A stretch of DNA of 64,000 bases from Gammaproteobacteria bacterium (GCA_035691665.1 DASSIS010000007.1:1549-65548); one strand, 5' to 3'; shown: positions 8,130 to 18,608, counted from the first letter of the stretch. Notes: generated by a model from the sequence alone, not told the origin. Made by a program: numbers and translations.

Positions 8130-9917
8130 TCAGTGCGCGGGTTTCTTCGGGGCATAGAGGTCGGTGATGGTGCCTTCGAAGACCTCCGCCGCCAGCATCA
8201 CCGACTCGTTCAGGGTCGGATGCGGGTGTATGGTGAGGCCGATGTCCTCGGCGTTGGCGCCCATCTCGATGGCGAGCGCGAACTCGCCAGTGAGCTCGCC
8301 GGCGTTCACACCCGTGGCCGCCGCGCCGATCAAGCGCCCCGTAGCTTCCTCGAAAAGCAGCTTGGTCTGGCCGTCGGTACGGTCGATGGAACGAGCGCGA
8401 CCGGAAGCGGCCCAGGGGAACACGCCCTTGCCGTAGGCGATGCCCTTCTCCTTCGCTTCAGTCTCGGTGATACCCACCCATGCCACTTCCGGGTCGGTGT
8501 AGGCCACGGAGGGGATCACCCGCGCGTCAAAGAAACGCTTGTGGCCCGCCGCCACTTCCGCCGCCACGTGGGCCTCGTGGCTCGCCTTATGGGCCAGCAT
8601 GGGATTGCCGATGACGTCACCGATGGCGTAGATGTTCGGCGCACTGCTGCGCATCTGCCGGTCCACGGGGATGAAGCCACGCTCATCAACGGTCACGCCG
8701 GCCTTCTCCGCATCGATGAGCTTGCCGTTGGGGCGACGGCCCACCGCCACCAGTACCCGGCCATAGGTCTGGGGCGATGGTGCGTCCTTGCCCTCGAACG
8801 TGGCCTTGATGCCCTCCTTCGTAGCTTCCAGCTTCGCTACCTTCACACCCAGGAGGATCTGTTCATAGCGCTTCTTGATGCGCTGCTCCAGGGGGCGCAC
8901 CACATCCCGGTCAGCGCCGGGGATGAGTGTCTCGGTGAGCTCCACCACCGTGACCTTCACACCCAGGGCGTCGTAGACGCAGGCCATCTCCAGGCCGATG
9001 ATGCCGCCGCCCACCACCAGCATGCGTTCCGGCAGGTCCTTTAGTTCCAGGGCGCCCGTGGAATCCATGATGCGCGGGTCGTCCGGCAAACCCGGGATAC
9101 GGGTCACAGAGCTGCCGGTGGCGATGATGCATTGCTCGAACTTGATGACTATCTTCTTGCCTTCCAGCTCCGCCACGATATGGTGGGGCCCCAGGAACTT
9201 GGCATGACCCTGCACCACCTGCACCTTGCGCTGCTTGGCAAGCATAGCGAGGCCTTCAGTGGATTTCTTCACCACCTTGTTCTTGAAGCCCAGCAACTTG
9301 TCGAGCTCAATCTTGGGCTTGCCGAACACCACGCCGTTCTCGGCCATGGCTTCCGCATCCTCGATGACCTTGGCAGCGTGCAAGAGCGCCTTGGAGGGGA
9401 TGCACCCCACGTTGGTGCACACGCCGCCGAGCGCTGCGTAGCGTTCCACCATCACCGTCTGCAGGCCGAGATCGGAGGCGCGATAGGCCGCGCTGTAACC
9501 ACCGGGACCGGAGCCGATGACCGACATCTGGCATTCGATGTCGTGCTTGCCCTGGTATTCGGGCACGTTCGGCGCGGTAGGCGCAGGTCTAGGTACCTCG
9601 GCCTTGAGAGACTGTGCCGCAGGAGCAGGTGCAGCGGCGGGTTTCTTCACAGCCGCTTTCGGTGCCGTGGCGGCTTCATCCGCATCCAGTATGGCGACCA
9701 AGCTACCTTCCGAAGCCTTGTCGCCCTTCTTGAGCTTCACTTCCTTCACCGTACCCGCGTAGGGCGAAGGCACGTCCATGGCAGCCTTGTCGGTCTCGAG
9801 GGTCACGAGCCCCTGTTCCTTCTCCACCCGGTCACCGGGCTTCACCATCACTTCGATGACGTCCACGTCCTTGAAGTTTCCGATGTCCGGGACTTTGACT
9901 TCTACGGTCTTGGTCAT
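8130..9917 (-). CDS. lpdA: dihydrolipoyl dehydrogenase (PDH E3) with N-terminal lipoyl domain
   Basis: 595 aa; lipoyl motif LETDKAAMDVPSP; FAD GSGPGGY; redox CTNVGCIPSK; C-terminal HPHPTLNE. Confidence 0.92.
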   Translation of the reverse strand: MTKTVEVKVPDIGNFKDVDVIEVMVKPGDRVEKEQGLVTLETDKAAMDVPSPYAGTVKEVKLKKGDKASEGSLVAILDADEAATAPKAAVKKPAAAPAPAAQSLKAEVPRPAPTAPNVPEYQGKHDIECQMSVIGSGPGGYSAAYRASDLGLQTVMVERYAALGGVCTNVGCIPSKALLHAAKVIEDAEAMAENGVVFGKPKIELDKLLGFKNKVVKKSTEGLAMLAKQRKVQVVQGHAKFLGPHHIVAELEGKKIVIKFEQCIIATGSSVTRIPGLPDDPRIMDSTGALELKDLPERMLVVGGGIIGLEMACVYDALGVKVTVVELTETLIPGADRDVVRPLEQRIKKRYEQILLGVKVAKLEATKEGIKATFEGKDAPSPQTYGRVLVAVGRRPNGKLIDAEKAGVTVDERGFIPVDRQMRSSAPNIYAIGDVIGNPMLAHKASHEAHVAAEVAAGHKRFFDARVIPSVAYTDPEVAWVGITETEAKEKGIAYGKGVFPWAASGRARSIDRTDGQTKLLFEEATGRLIGAAATGVNAGELTGEFALAIEMGANAEDIGLTIHPHPTLNESVMLAAEVFEGTITDLYAPKKPAH

Positions 9918-9947
9918 GGTGTGTTCTCGGGTTCGGATGGGCCGGGT

Positions 9948-10328
9948 TCAATCCCAGCGATTGGCGTTATAGGGGAAATCCACGGATTGCGCACTCACCA
10001 CGCAGAAGCGCTGGCCGGTAGGCGCCTGCATCACCACCCAGCGGGACAGGCGTTGCGATACCTGAGCGCCGAGTTTCTGGAGTCGTGCCACTTCCGCTTC
10101 GATGTCATCGGTCTCGATGTCCAGATGCGCCCGGCTCTCGTGGTCCACCTTCTGCACTTCCACCCGGATCTCGTCGGGCCGGCCCTCCAGCAGCCGGTAT
10201 AGCTCCGGGTTACCGGATTTCTGGAGGTTCACCGGCCGGCCCAGGGCCGCGCTCCAGAACGCTGCGGCCGCGTCCAGGTCTTCGGTGTCGCAATCGATCA
10301 CGACCTCGCAGAGCCGGGAATGGTGCAT
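9948..10328 (-). CDS. VOC/glyoxalase-like small protein
   Basis: 126 aa; MHHSRLCEVVIDCDTEDLDAAAAFWSAALG..HLDIETDDIEAEVARL resembles glyoxalase-like domain proteins. Confidence 0.55.
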   Translation of the reverse strand: MHHSRLCEVVIDCDTEDLDAAAAFWSAALGRPVNLQKSGNPELYRLLEGRPDEIRVEVQKVDHESRAHLDIETDDIEAEVARLQKLGAQVSQRLSRWVVMQAPTGQRFCVVSAQSVDFPYNANRWD

Positions 10329-10350
10329 GGCTACTTCAACCCCACCGATG

Positions 10351-11622
10351 TCAGAGCACCAGCCCGCGGGCTTCGGACAGGATCTTGCTCAAGAAGCTGG
10401 TGAAGCGCGCCGCCGCGGCGCCGTCTATGACCCGATGGTCGTAGGAGAGCGACAACGGCAGCATGAGCCGCGGTTGGAAGGCCTTTCCGTCCCAGACGGG
10501 TTTCATGGATGACTTGGATACGCCGAGGATGGCCACCTCCGGCGCGTTCACGATGGGCGTGAACGCGGTGCCGCCGATGCCGCCCAGGCTCGAGATGCTG
10601 AAACAGCCGCCCTGCATCTCGTCCGCCTTCAGCTTGCCGTCACGCGCCTTGGCCGCGAGCTCGCCGAGCTCCTTCGCCACCTCGAACACGTTCTTCTTGT
10701 CCGCGTCCTTGATCACCGGCACCACGAGGCCGTTGGGGGTGTCGGCCGCGAAGCCGATGTGGAAATACTTCTTCATCACCTGGTTCTGGCCGGAAGGGTC
10801 CAGGGAGGAATTGAAGTCCGGGTATTCCTTGAGCGCCGTGACACTGGCCTTCACCAGGAAGGCGAGCGGCGTGAGCTTGGCACCGATCTTCTCGGCATCG
10901 GACTTGAGCTCCTGGCGCAGCTGCTCCAAGCCCGTGATGTCCGCCTCGTCGTGTTGGGTGACGTGGGGCACGTTGACCCAGGCCGCCTGCAGGCGCGGAC
11001 CGGAGATGCGCTTGATTCGGGAAAGCGGCTTGACCTCGACTTGGCCGAAGCGCGCGAAATCCACCTCCGGCACCTTGGGCAGTCCACCGCCGCCGGCGCC
11101 ACCGCCCTGCATGACGGCCTTCACGAAGGCCTTCACGTCGTCTTCAGTGATGCGCTCCTTGCGGCCGCTACCCTTGACGCGGGAGAGATCGACGCCCAGC
11201 TCCCGAGCGAACTTGCGCACCGAGGGGCCCGCATGGGCCTTGCCGAAACCGGCTTCGTTGATGGGTGGCAGGGAAGCCGGAGCCACAGGAGCCTGCGCTA
11301 CGGGCGCGGGCGCAGCAGGTCTCGGCGCAGCCGGCGCAGGTGCGGTCGCCTTCTGCGGCGCCGCGGCGGGCTTGGCCGCCTCTTCCTGCGCGTCCATCAC
11401 CAGCACCAGGGAGCCTTCCGAAACCTTGTCGCCCTTGTTGACCTTGAGCGCCTTGACGGTACCCGCGTAGGGCGAAGGCACGTCCATGGCGGCCTTGTCG
11501 GTCTCGAGGGTGATGAGCCCTTGTTCCTTGGCGACCACGTCGCCCGGCTTCACCATCACCTCGATGACTTCCACGTCCTTGAAGTTGCCGATGTCCGGGA
11601 CTTTGACTTCTTTTTCTGCCAC
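10351..11622 (-). CDS. aceF: dihydrolipoamide acetyltransferase (PDH E2), single lipoyl domain
   Basis: GTG start; LETDKAAMDVPSP lipoyl site, E3-binding PSVRKFARELGVDL, catalytic LSLSYDHRVIDGA. Confidence 0.92.
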   Translation of the reverse strand: MAEKEVKVPDIGNFKDVEVIEVMVKPGDVVAKEQGLITLETDKAAMDVPSPYAGTVKALKVNKGDKVSEGSLVLVMDAQEEAAKPAAAPQKATAPAPAAPRPAAPAPVAQAPVAPASLPPINEAGFGKAHAGPSVRKFARELGVDLSRVKGSGRKERITEDDVKAFVKAVMQGGGAGGGGLPKVPEVDFARFGQVEVKPLSRIKRISGPRLQAAWVNVPHVTQHDEADITGLEQLRQELKSDAEKIGAKLTPLAFLVKASVTALKEYPDFNSSLDPSGQNQVMKKYFHIGFAADTPNGLVVPVIKDADKKNVFEVAKELGELAAKARDGKLKADEMQGGCFSISSLGGIGGTAFTPIVNAPEVAILGVSKSSMKPVWDGKAFQPRLMLPLSLSYDHRVIDGAAAARFTSFLSKILSEARGLVL

Positions 11623-11662
11623 GGTCTTAAGCTCCTACCGTCGAATCAGAGAAGAACTGCGT

Positions 11663-11788
11663 CTGAAAATAGGCAATTTTGCTTACCGGCAAGGCGAAAA
11701 TGACCGAGCAAGCGGAGCGTACGCAGCAGTACGTGAGCATTGCGAGGGCGTTTTCAACGCCGCCGGGGAGCAAAAGGGCCATTTTCAG
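11663..11788 (+). repeat. ~126-nt near-palindromic dispersed element, copy A (aceE-aceF spacer)
   Basis: Ends CTGAAAAT...ATTTTCAG; core GGAGCGTAC-N6-GTACGTGAG; collinear with copies at 48486, 51673 and (inverted) 52878; right end contains the aceE stop codon. Confidence 0.85.
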
Positions 11789-14454
11789 ACCGTCACCGGG
11801 TTGGGCTTGTCGGGATTCAGTCCGTATTTCTTGATGGCTTCGGCCACCTTCTTGGCGTCCAGCTGGCCCTCATCCGCCAGGGACTTGAGCGCGGCCACCG
11901 TCACATAGCGGCGGTCCACCTCGAAGAAGTGGCGCAAACCGGTACGGGTATCGCTGCGGCCGAAGCCATCGGTGCCGAGCACCGTGTAGCGGCGCGGCAC
12001 GAACTCGCGGATCTGGTCGGCGAAGAGCTTCATGTAGTCGGTGGCCACCACGATGGGACCCGTGGTCTTGGCGAGGGCCTCGGTGACGTAGGGGACGCGG
12101 GGTTTCTCGCCGGCATGGAACATGTTCCAGCGGGCGCAATCGAGGCCCTCCCGACGCAGCTCCGTGAAGCTCGTGGCGCTCCACACGTCCGCGGACACGC
12201 CCCAGTCCTTCTCCAGCATCTCGGCCGCGGCCTCCACTTCGCGGAGGATGGTGCCGGAACCCATGAGCTGGACCCTGAGCTTCTGCTTGCCGCCCTGCTT
12301 GAGGAGATAGAGCCCTTTCAGGATGCCCTGCTCTGTACCCTTGGGCATGGCGGGCTGCACGTAGTTCTCGTTCATGCAGGTGAGGTAGTAGAAGACGTTC
12401 TCCTGCTCCTTGAACATGCGGCGCAGGCCATCCTGCACGATCACCGCCACCTCATACATGTAGGTGGGATCGTATGACACGCAGTTCGGGATGGTGCCGG
12501 ACAGGATGTGGCTGTGGCCGTCCTCGTGCTGCAGGCCTTCGCCCTCCAGCGTGGTCCTTCCAGCAGTACCTCCAATCAGAAAGCCCCGTGCCTGGATGTC
12601 GCCCGCCGCCCAGGCCAGATCGCCGATGCGCTGGAAGCCGAACATCGAGTAGTAGATGTAGAAGGGCACCATGGGCACGTCATGGTTGCTGTATGCCGTG
12701 GCCGCCGCGATCCAGGAGGCCATGGAGCCCGCCTCGGTGATGCCCTCTTCCAGTATCTGGCCCGACTTGTCTTCCTTGTAGAACATCAGCTGGTCGGCAT
12801 CCGCCGGTTCGTAGAGCTGGCCCACGGAGGAATAGATGCCGATCTGGCGGAACAGGCCTTCCATGCCGAAAGTACGCGCCTCGTCCGGCACGATGGGCAC
12901 CACGTGCTTGCCGATGCCCTTGTCCTTCACCAGCGCCGTCAGGATGCGCACCAGCGCCATGGTGGTGGAGACCTCGCGGTCGCCCGTGCCTTCCAGGAAT
13001 GTCTTGAAGAAGTCGAGGCCCGGCACCTGCAGCGGCGCGCTCTTGTGCCGGCGCTGCGGCAGATAACCGCCGAGCTTCTCGCGCCGCGCCTTCAGGTACT
13101 TGATCTCTTCGCTGTCCTCGGCGAAGCGGCGGAACGGGACCTTGCCGATCTCCTCGTTGGAAACCGGGATGTTGAAGCGGTCGCGGAACTCCTTGAGGGA
13201 GTCCTCGTCCAGCTTCTTCTGCTGGTGGGCGCCCATCTGGCCCTGCCCGGCCTTGCCCATGCCGAAGCCCTTTACGGTCTTGGCGAGGATCACCGTGGGC
13301 TGGCCCTTGCAGTCCATGGCCGCCTGGTAGGCGGCGTGCACCTTGCGCGCGTCGTGGCCGCCGCGGTTCAGGTTCCAGATCTCCTCGTCGCTCATGTTGG
13401 CGACCATCTCCAGGAGTTCGGGATACTTGCCGAAGAACTTCTCGCGCACGAACTTCCCGTCCTTGGACTTGAAGTTCTGGTACTCGCCGTCCACGCACTC
13501 CATCATGAGGCGCTTCAAGAGGTCGTTCTTGTCCTGGGCGAGCAATGGATCCCAGCGCGAGCCCCACAGCACCTTGATCACGTTCCAACCGCTACCGCGG
13601 AAGTTCGCTTCCAGCTCCTGGATGATCTTGCCGTTGCCGCGCACCGGACCGTCCAGGCGCTGCAGGTTGCAGTTCACCACGAACACCAGGTTGTCGAGCT
13701 TCTCGCGTGAGGCGAGCGAGATGGCGCCCAGGGACTCCGGCTCATCCATCTCGCCGTCACCGAGGAAAGCCCACACCTTGCGGTCGCTCTCGGGGATGAA
13801 GCCGCGGTGCTCCATGTAGCGCATGAAGCGTGCCTGGTAGATGGCCTGCAAGGGCCCGAGGCCCATGGAGACCGTGGGGAACTGCCAGTAGTCCGGCATC
13901 AGCCAGGGATGCGGATAGGAGGACAACCCGTCCCGCTCCACCTCGCGGCGGAAGTTCTTGAGCTGCTCCTCGCTGAAGCGCCCTTCCAGGAAGGAGCGGG
14001 CGTAGATGCCCGGGGAGGAATGGCCCTGGATGTAGACCAGGTCGCCGCCGTGCTGCGCGCTCGGCGCGCGCCAGAAATGGTTAAACCCCACCTCGTAGAG
14101 GGTGCCCGAAGAAGCGTAGGTGGCGATGTGGCCGCCGATGCCGCTGTTCTCCTTGTTGGCGTGCACCACCATGGCCATGGCGTTCCAGCGCAGGTAGGCC
14201 TCGATGCGCTTCTCGATGGCCCTGTCACCGGGGTAGGCCGGTTCCTGGTTGGCATTGATGGTGTTTACGTAGGCGGTGTTGGGGCTGTATGGCAGGTAGG
14301 CACCGGAGCGGCGCGCCCTGTCGATGAGCTGCTCGATCAGGAAGTGGGCACGCTCGGTGCCCTCCACGTCCAGCACCGAGGCCAGGGCATCCAGCCACTC
14401 ATGGGTCTCGGCCGGATCCAGGTCCTGGGGCAGATTCGGTACGTCGTTCGCCAT
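11785..14454 (-). CDS. aceE: pyruvate dehydrogenase E1 component (homodimeric type)
   Basis: 889 aa, full-length AceE-like (..GHIATYASS..LGDGEMDEPES..DGHSH..). Confidence 0.93.
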   Translation of the reverse strand: MANDVPNLPQDLDPAETHEWLDALASVLDVEGTERAHFLIEQLIDRARRSGAYLPYSPNTAYVNTINANQEPAYPGDRAIEKRIEAYLRWNAMAMVVHANKENSGIGGHIATYASSGTLYEVGFNHFWRAPSAQHGGDLVYIQGHSSPGIYARSFLEGRFSEEQLKNFRREVERDGLSSYPHPWLMPDYWQFPTVSMGLGPLQAIYQARFMRYMEHRGFIPESDRKVWAFLGDGEMDEPESLGAISLASREKLDNLVFVVNCNLQRLDGPVRGNGKIIQELEANFRGSGWNVIKVLWGSRWDPLLAQDKNDLLKRLMMECVDGEYQNFKSKDGKFVREKFFGKYPELLEMVANMSDEEIWNLNRGGHDARKVHAAYQAAMDCKGQPTVILAKTVKGFGMGKAGQGQMGAHQQKKLDEDSLKEFRDRFNIPVSNEEIGKVPFRRFAEDSEEIKYLKARREKLGGYLPQRRHKSAPLQVPGLDFFKTFLEGTGDREVSTTMALVRILTALVKDKGIGKHVVPIVPDEARTFGMEGLFRQIGIYSSVGQLYEPADADQLMFYKEDKSGQILEEGITEAGSMASWIAAATAYSNHDVPMVPFYIYYSMFGFQRIGDLAWAAGDIQARGFLIGGTAGRTTLEGEGLQHEDGHSHILSGTIPNCVSYDPTYMYEVAVIVQDGLRRMFKEQENVFYYLTCMNENYVQPAMPKGTEQGILKGLYLLKQGGKQKLRVQLMGSGTILREVEAAAEMLEKDWGVSADVWSATSFTELRREGLDCARWNMFHAGEKPRVPYVTEALAKTTGPIVVATDYMKLFADQIREFVPRRYTVLGTDGFGRSDTRTGLRHFFEVDRRYVTVAALKSLADEGQLDAKKVAEAIKKYGLNPDKPNPVTV

Positions 14455-14623
14455 GGCAAAACCTTGTGGTTCGTCGTTCGAGGCGTCGCGGGGAGCGGCG
14501 GGAAAAGCCCTCCGCCGCGGGGTTCATGCGGTCCGTATGCCGTCCGACACGTCTTGTGCCTTCCGGCGGGGCTCCGGGCCCTATATCATCTCTGTCCGGT
14601 TACCATAAATCCCGGACAGTCCG

Positions 14624-16132
14624 ATGACTTTGAGGCTACCGCAGGCTTACAAGCTCGATATCCGGCAGCCCTTGGCGGCGGCGGATACGGCCCGGGTCGA
14701 TGCCCTGGACGCGGTCATTATACTGCTGCCGGAAAGCTCCCTCCAAAAGCGCTGGCCGGATTTCCCCCATGCCGAGCGCCTCAAGAAACGCATTCCGGAA
14801 GGCAAGAAGAGCCTCGCTCCTCTACGTGTCGATCTGCCTAACCCGCGGGGCACGGCCGCCGTCCTGGCCTCCTACAAGACCGAGGCCGGTGCCTTCGAGT
14901 TCCTGACCCTGGCCCGTAAATGTGTCGCCAAGGCCCGTGAATCAGAACCCACGAACCTCGGCTTGCTCATCCCCGGCGCCACCGATGCCCAGCGTGCGGC
15001 ACTGGCCGAAGCCTTCGCCGCCGCCGTACTGGCCGCCGGATTCGACCCGCCCCGTTTCAAGTCAGAGCCCGACAAGACGCGACCCATCGCGAGCCTGACC
15101 TTGTTCGATGGCGTCAAGCCCGTGGATTTCAGCCGCACGCTCGCCGCCGCCGAGGGCAACGCCCTGGCCCGCTGGCTCACCATCCTGCCGGCCAACTACC
15201 TCACTCCGACCGAATACCACGGCTATGCGAAAGAGCTGGCACGGCGTGAGGGCTGGAAGTTCGAATTCCTGGATGAGAAAAAGCTGAAAACCATCGGTGC
15301 CGACGCATTCCTCGCCGTCTCCCGCGGCAGCGACAGCCGCGATGCGGGCATCGTGCACCTGAGCTACAAACCGGCACGGGCCGCTCGCGGCGCCAAGGCC
15401 GTAGCCCTGGTAGGCAAGGGCATCTGCTACGACACCGGCGGCGCCAACCTCAAATCCGACAAGTCCATGTTCGGCATGCACGGCGACATGCAGGGCTCAG
15501 CGGTGGCGCTTGGCACCCTGCTGGCCCTCACCCGCCTGAAGGCGCCGTTCCAGATCGACGCCTGGCTCGCCCTGGCTCGCAACCAGATCGGTCCCAAGGC
15601 CTATACCCAGAACGAGGTGGTCAAGGCCGGCAACGGCGTGCATATCGAAGTCACCCACACCGACGCGGAAGGCCGCATGGTGCTGGCGGACACCCTCGCG
15701 CTCGCCACCAGACCGAAGCCGGCCATCACCGTCGACTACGCGACGCTCACCGGCGCCTGCATGACGGCCTTGGGCAGCCGCTACAGCGGCGCCTTCACCC
15801 GGGACAGCGATCTCGCCAAAGCGGTGATCGACGCCGGCGCCCGGAGCGGCGAACGGGTCTGGCCTTTCCCCATGGACGGCGACTACGACGAGGACCTGGA
15901 GAGCGACATCGCCGACGTGAAGCAGTGCGTGCTGGAGAGCGGCCGCGCCGACCACATCCTGGCTTCCCGCTTCCTCTCCCGCTTCGTGCAGGAAGGCGCA
16001 CCCTGGATCCACGTGGACCTGTCCGCCTCGGAACACAAGGGCGGTCTCGCCCACATCCCCACGGAAGTGACGGGCTTCGGGGTGCGTTTCACCTTGAGCC
16101 TGCTCCTCGACCAGGGACTCGCACCGGCATGA
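14624..16132 (+). CDS. M17 family leucyl aminopeptidase-like metallopeptidase
   Basis: [38 protein letters not shown]17 active-site motifs. Confidence 0.85.
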   Translation: MTLRLPQAYKLDIRQPLAAADTARVDALDAVIILLPESSLQKRWPDFPHAERLKKRIPEGKKSLAPLRVDLPNPRGTAAVLASYKTEAGAFEFLTLARKCVAKARESEPTNLGLLIPGATDAQRAALAEAFAAAVLAAGFDPPRFKSEPDKTRPIASLTLFDGVKPVDFSRTLAAAEGNALARWLTILPANYLTPTEYHGYAKELARREGWKFEFLDEKKLKTIGADAFLAVSRGSDSRDAGIVHLSYKPARAARGAKAVALVGKGICYDTGGANLKSDKSMFGMHGDMQGSAVALGTLLALTRLKAPFQIDAWLALARNQIGPKAYTQNEVVKAGNGVHIEVTHTDAEGRMVLADTLALATRPKPAITVDYATLTGACMTALGSRYSGAFTRDSDLAKAVIDAGARSGERVWPFPMDGDYDEDLESDIADVKQCVLESGRADHILASRFLSRFVQEGAPWIHVDLSASEHKGGLAHIPTEVTGFGVRFTLSLLLDQGLAPA

Positions 16133-17163
16133 CCGCCACCCTCACCCTCACCCGGCCCGACGACTGGCACCTGCACCTCAGGGACGGGGAGGTGCTGAAG
16201 GACACCGTGGTGCACACCGCCCGGCGCTTCGCCCGGGCCATCGTCATGCCCAACCTGAAGCCCCCGGTGATCACGGTGCAGCAGGCCTTGGAATACCGGG
16301 AGCGCATCCTGGCGGCCACTCCCGAGAGCGCGAGCTTCACTCCCCTCATGACCCTCTATCTCACGGAGAAGACTTGGCCCGAGGAGATCCGCCGCGCCAA
16401 GGCCAGCGGTCACGTCTACGCCGTGAAGTATTACCCGGCGGGCGCCACCACCAACGCGGAGGCAGGCGTACGGGACATCAAGAACTGCCAGGGAGTGCTG
16501 GAAGCCATGGCCGAGGCGGGTCTGCCGCTGCTGATCCACGGCGAGGTCACCGATCCGGATGTGGACGTGTTCGACCGGGAAACGGTGTTCATCGACAAGG
16601 TGCTCGCTCCCCTGGTGCGGCGGCTGCCGGCGCTCAAGGTGGTGCTGGAACACGTCACCACCAAGACCGGGGCGGACTTCGTGCTCGCGGCCCCAAAGAA
16701 CGTGGCAGCCACCCTCACCCCCCAACACCTGCTCCACAACCGCAACGCCCTCTTCAAGGGAGGCCTGCGCCCCCACCTGTACTGCCTGCCGGTGCTCAAG
16801 CGCGAGCGCGACCGGGAGGCACTGCTGAAAGCGGCCGTGAGCGGCGACCCCAAGTTCTTCCTGGGCACCGACAGCGCTCCGCACGCCCGTTATCTCAAGG
16901 AGCATTCCTGCGGCTGCGCTGGCATCTTCAGCGCCCACGCCGGCATCGAGCTCTACGCGGAAGTCTTCGACCAGGCCGGCGCCCTCGACAAGCTCGAAGC
17001 CTTCGCCAGCTTCCACGGCGCGGACTTCTACGGGCTGCCGCGCAACCGCGATCGCATCACACTGGTGCGCAAACCCTGGACACCGCCCGAGACTTATCAC
17101 TTCGGCGATGCCGCCCTGGTGCCGTTCCGCGCCGGCGAAGAAGTCGCCTGGAGCCTCGCGTAA
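16129..17163 (+). CDS. pyrC: dihydroorotase (class II, homodimeric type)
   Basis: [39 protein letters not shown]; ATGA overlap with the peptidase stop. Confidence 0.9.
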   Translation: MTATLTLTRPDDWHLHLRDGEVLKDTVVHTARRFARAIVMPNLKPPVITVQQALEYRERILAATPESASFTPLMTLYLTEKTWPEEIRRAKASGHVYAVKYYPAGATTNAEAGVRDIKNCQGVLEAMAEAGLPLLIHGEVTDPDVDVFDRETVFIDKVLAPLVRRLPALKVVLEHVTTKTGADFVLAAPKNVAATLTPQHLLHNRNALFKGGLRPHLYCLPVLKRERDREALLKAAVSGDPKFFLGTDSAPHARYLKEHSCGCAGIFSAHAGIELYAEVFDQAGALDKLEAFASFHGADFYGLPRNRDRITLVRKPWTPPETYHFGDAALVPFRAGEEVAWSLA

Positions 17164-17201
17164 ACATATCTTCCCGCGGCTCCTTCCTTTATCCTTCAAC
17201 C

Positions 17202-17837
17202 ATGGACGAGACCCACGCACCTCACCCCTTCGCCACGCGCTTCCGCGGCTTCCTGCCGGTGGTGGTGGACGTGGAGACCGGTGGCTTCAACCATAAAACT
17301 GATGCCTTGCTGGAGATCGCCGGCGTGTTCCTGGAGATGGGCCCGGACGGGCGCCTCTCCCGCGGCGTGACCCACAGCTTCCACGTCCAGCCCTTCGAGG
17401 GGGCCAACATCGAACCGGCGGCCCTCGCCATCACAGGAATCGACCCTCATCATCCCCTACGCCCTGCCCTGCCGGAGCGCGAGGCGTTGCGGCGCCTGTT
17501 CCGGGAAGTGCGCAACGACCTCGACAAGTACGGCTGCAACCGCGCGGTGCTGGTCGGTCACAACGCTTTCTTCGACCTCAACTTCCTCAATGCCGCCGTG
17601 GAACGCAGCGGCGTGAAGCGCAACCCCTTCCACCCCTTCTCCAGCTTCGACACCGCGACCCTGGGCGGTGTGGCCGTGGGCCAGACGGTCCTGGCCCGCG
17701 CGGTGGAAGCCTTGCGACTGCCCTGGGACAGCTCCGCCGCCCATTCCGCCGCCTATGATGCGGAGAAGACCGCTGATCTCTTCTGCGAGATCGTCAACCG
17801 CTTCCAGGGCATCTATCAGGGGTCGCTCGCTCGCTAA
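17202..17837 (+). CDS. rnt: ribonuclease T
   Basis: FRGFLPVVVDVETGGFN..DALLEIA..LVGHNAFFDLNFL..HSAAYDAEKTADLF DEDDh exonuclease motifs. Confidence 0.9.
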   Translation: MDETHAPHPFATRFRGFLPVVVDVETGGFNHKTDALLEIAGVFLEMGPDGRLSRGVTHSFHVQPFEGANIEPAALAITGIDPHHPLRPALPEREALRRLFREVRNDLDKYGCNRAVLVGHNAFFDLNFLNAAVERSGVKRNPFHPFSSFDTATLGGVAVGQTVLARAVEALRLPWDSSAAHSAAYDAEKTADLFCEIVNRFQGIYQGSLAR

Positions 17838-17841
17838 ATGG

Positions 17842-17865
17842 AAACGGGACCTCGCGGTCCCGTTT
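17842..17865. terminator. bidirectional intrinsic terminator between rnt and grxD
   Basis: AAACGGGACC-tcgc-GGTCCCGTTT perfect 10-bp stem flanked by A and T runs. Confidence 0.75.
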
Positions 17866-17894
17866 CGATCCAATCCTCCCCGGCAAGCACCCGT

Positions 17895-18218
17895 TCAGGA
17901 ATGCTTGATTCCTTTCTCATCGAACAGCTTCGCGAGCTCGCCCGACTGGAACATCTCCACCGTGATGTCGCAGCCGCCGATGAGTTCGCCTTTCACGAAG
18001 AGCTGCGGGAACGTGGGCCAGTTGGAGACCTTGGGTAGCGTCGCGCGCACCTCCGGTTCCGCCAGCACGTTCACATGCCCGAACTCCACCCCCAGGGACT
18101 TCAGCACTTGGGAGGTGCGGGCCGAGAACCCGCACTGCGGGAAGTCCGGCGTGCCTTTCATGAAGAGCACCACCGGCTGGCTGGCGATCTCCTGTTTGAT
18201 GCGTTCGACGGTATCCAT
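17895..18218 (-). CDS. grxD: monothiol glutaredoxin (Grx4 family)
   Basis: VVLFMKGTPDFPQCGFS active site, WPTFPQLFVKGELIGGCDI. Confidence 0.92.
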   Translation of the reverse strand: MDTVERIKQEIASQPVVLFMKGTPDFPQCGFSARTSQVLKSLGVEFGHVNVLAEPEVRATLPKVSNWPTFPQLFVKGELIGGCDITVEMFQSGELAKLFDEKGIKHS

Positions 18219-18257
18219 GGTCGCTTACTCCCCGGCGCAAACCGGGTTGTGTCTCGG

Positions 18258-18608
18258 TTAGTTGGATTTTACTTCAAGCTCGGACACCACGTCTTTCACC
18301 CCACTGACACTCTTGGCCACGGTGATGGCCTGCTCCCGCAGGGCTTCGGTGGGCAGCGTGCCTTTCAGGGTCACCACCTGATGATCCGTGATGACCTTGA
18401 TGTCAAAAGACTTAAGCCCTTCATCGGCGAGGAGCTTGGACTTGACCGCGGTGGTCAAGTAGGAGTCGTCCATGAAACTGCCGGCCCGCTGGGCGGGCAT
18501 GGGCTGGTCGCTGGAACAGCCCGCGAGGGTGAACAGGGCGGCACCGGAGAGGACCAGTGCCATCAGGATGCCGGTTTTCATGCGCATGGTGGTTACTCCT
18601 GCGTTCAT
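18258..18608 (-). CDS. BON domain lipoprotein (OsmY-like)
   Basis: Lipobox FTLAGCSS; single BON-like domain ..IKVITDHQVVTLKGTLPT..AKSVSGVKDVVSELEV. Confidence 0.7.
   Translation of the reverse strand: MNAGVTTMRMKTGILMALVLSGAALFTLAGCSSDQPMPAQRAGSFMDDSYLTTAVKSKLLADEGLKSFDIKVITDHQVVTLKGTLPTEALREQAITVAKSVSGVKDVVSELEVKSN

Noticed and set aside
7713-9044. 443-aa plus-strand ORF (similar ones at 12508..13710, 13807..14841, 15883..17220, 9132..10202)
   Set aside because: All are antisense to strongly supported housekeeping genes (lpdA, aceE, peptidase/pyrC) and lack recognisable domains.
9931-9960. GGGTTCAATCCC resembling a tRNA T-arm near the lpdA start
   Set aside because: The flanking bases do not form a T-stem or any cloverleaf. 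The site straddles the stop codon (9948-9950) and 3'-terminal codons of the VOC-like ORF (9948..10328) and the short spacer before lpdA.
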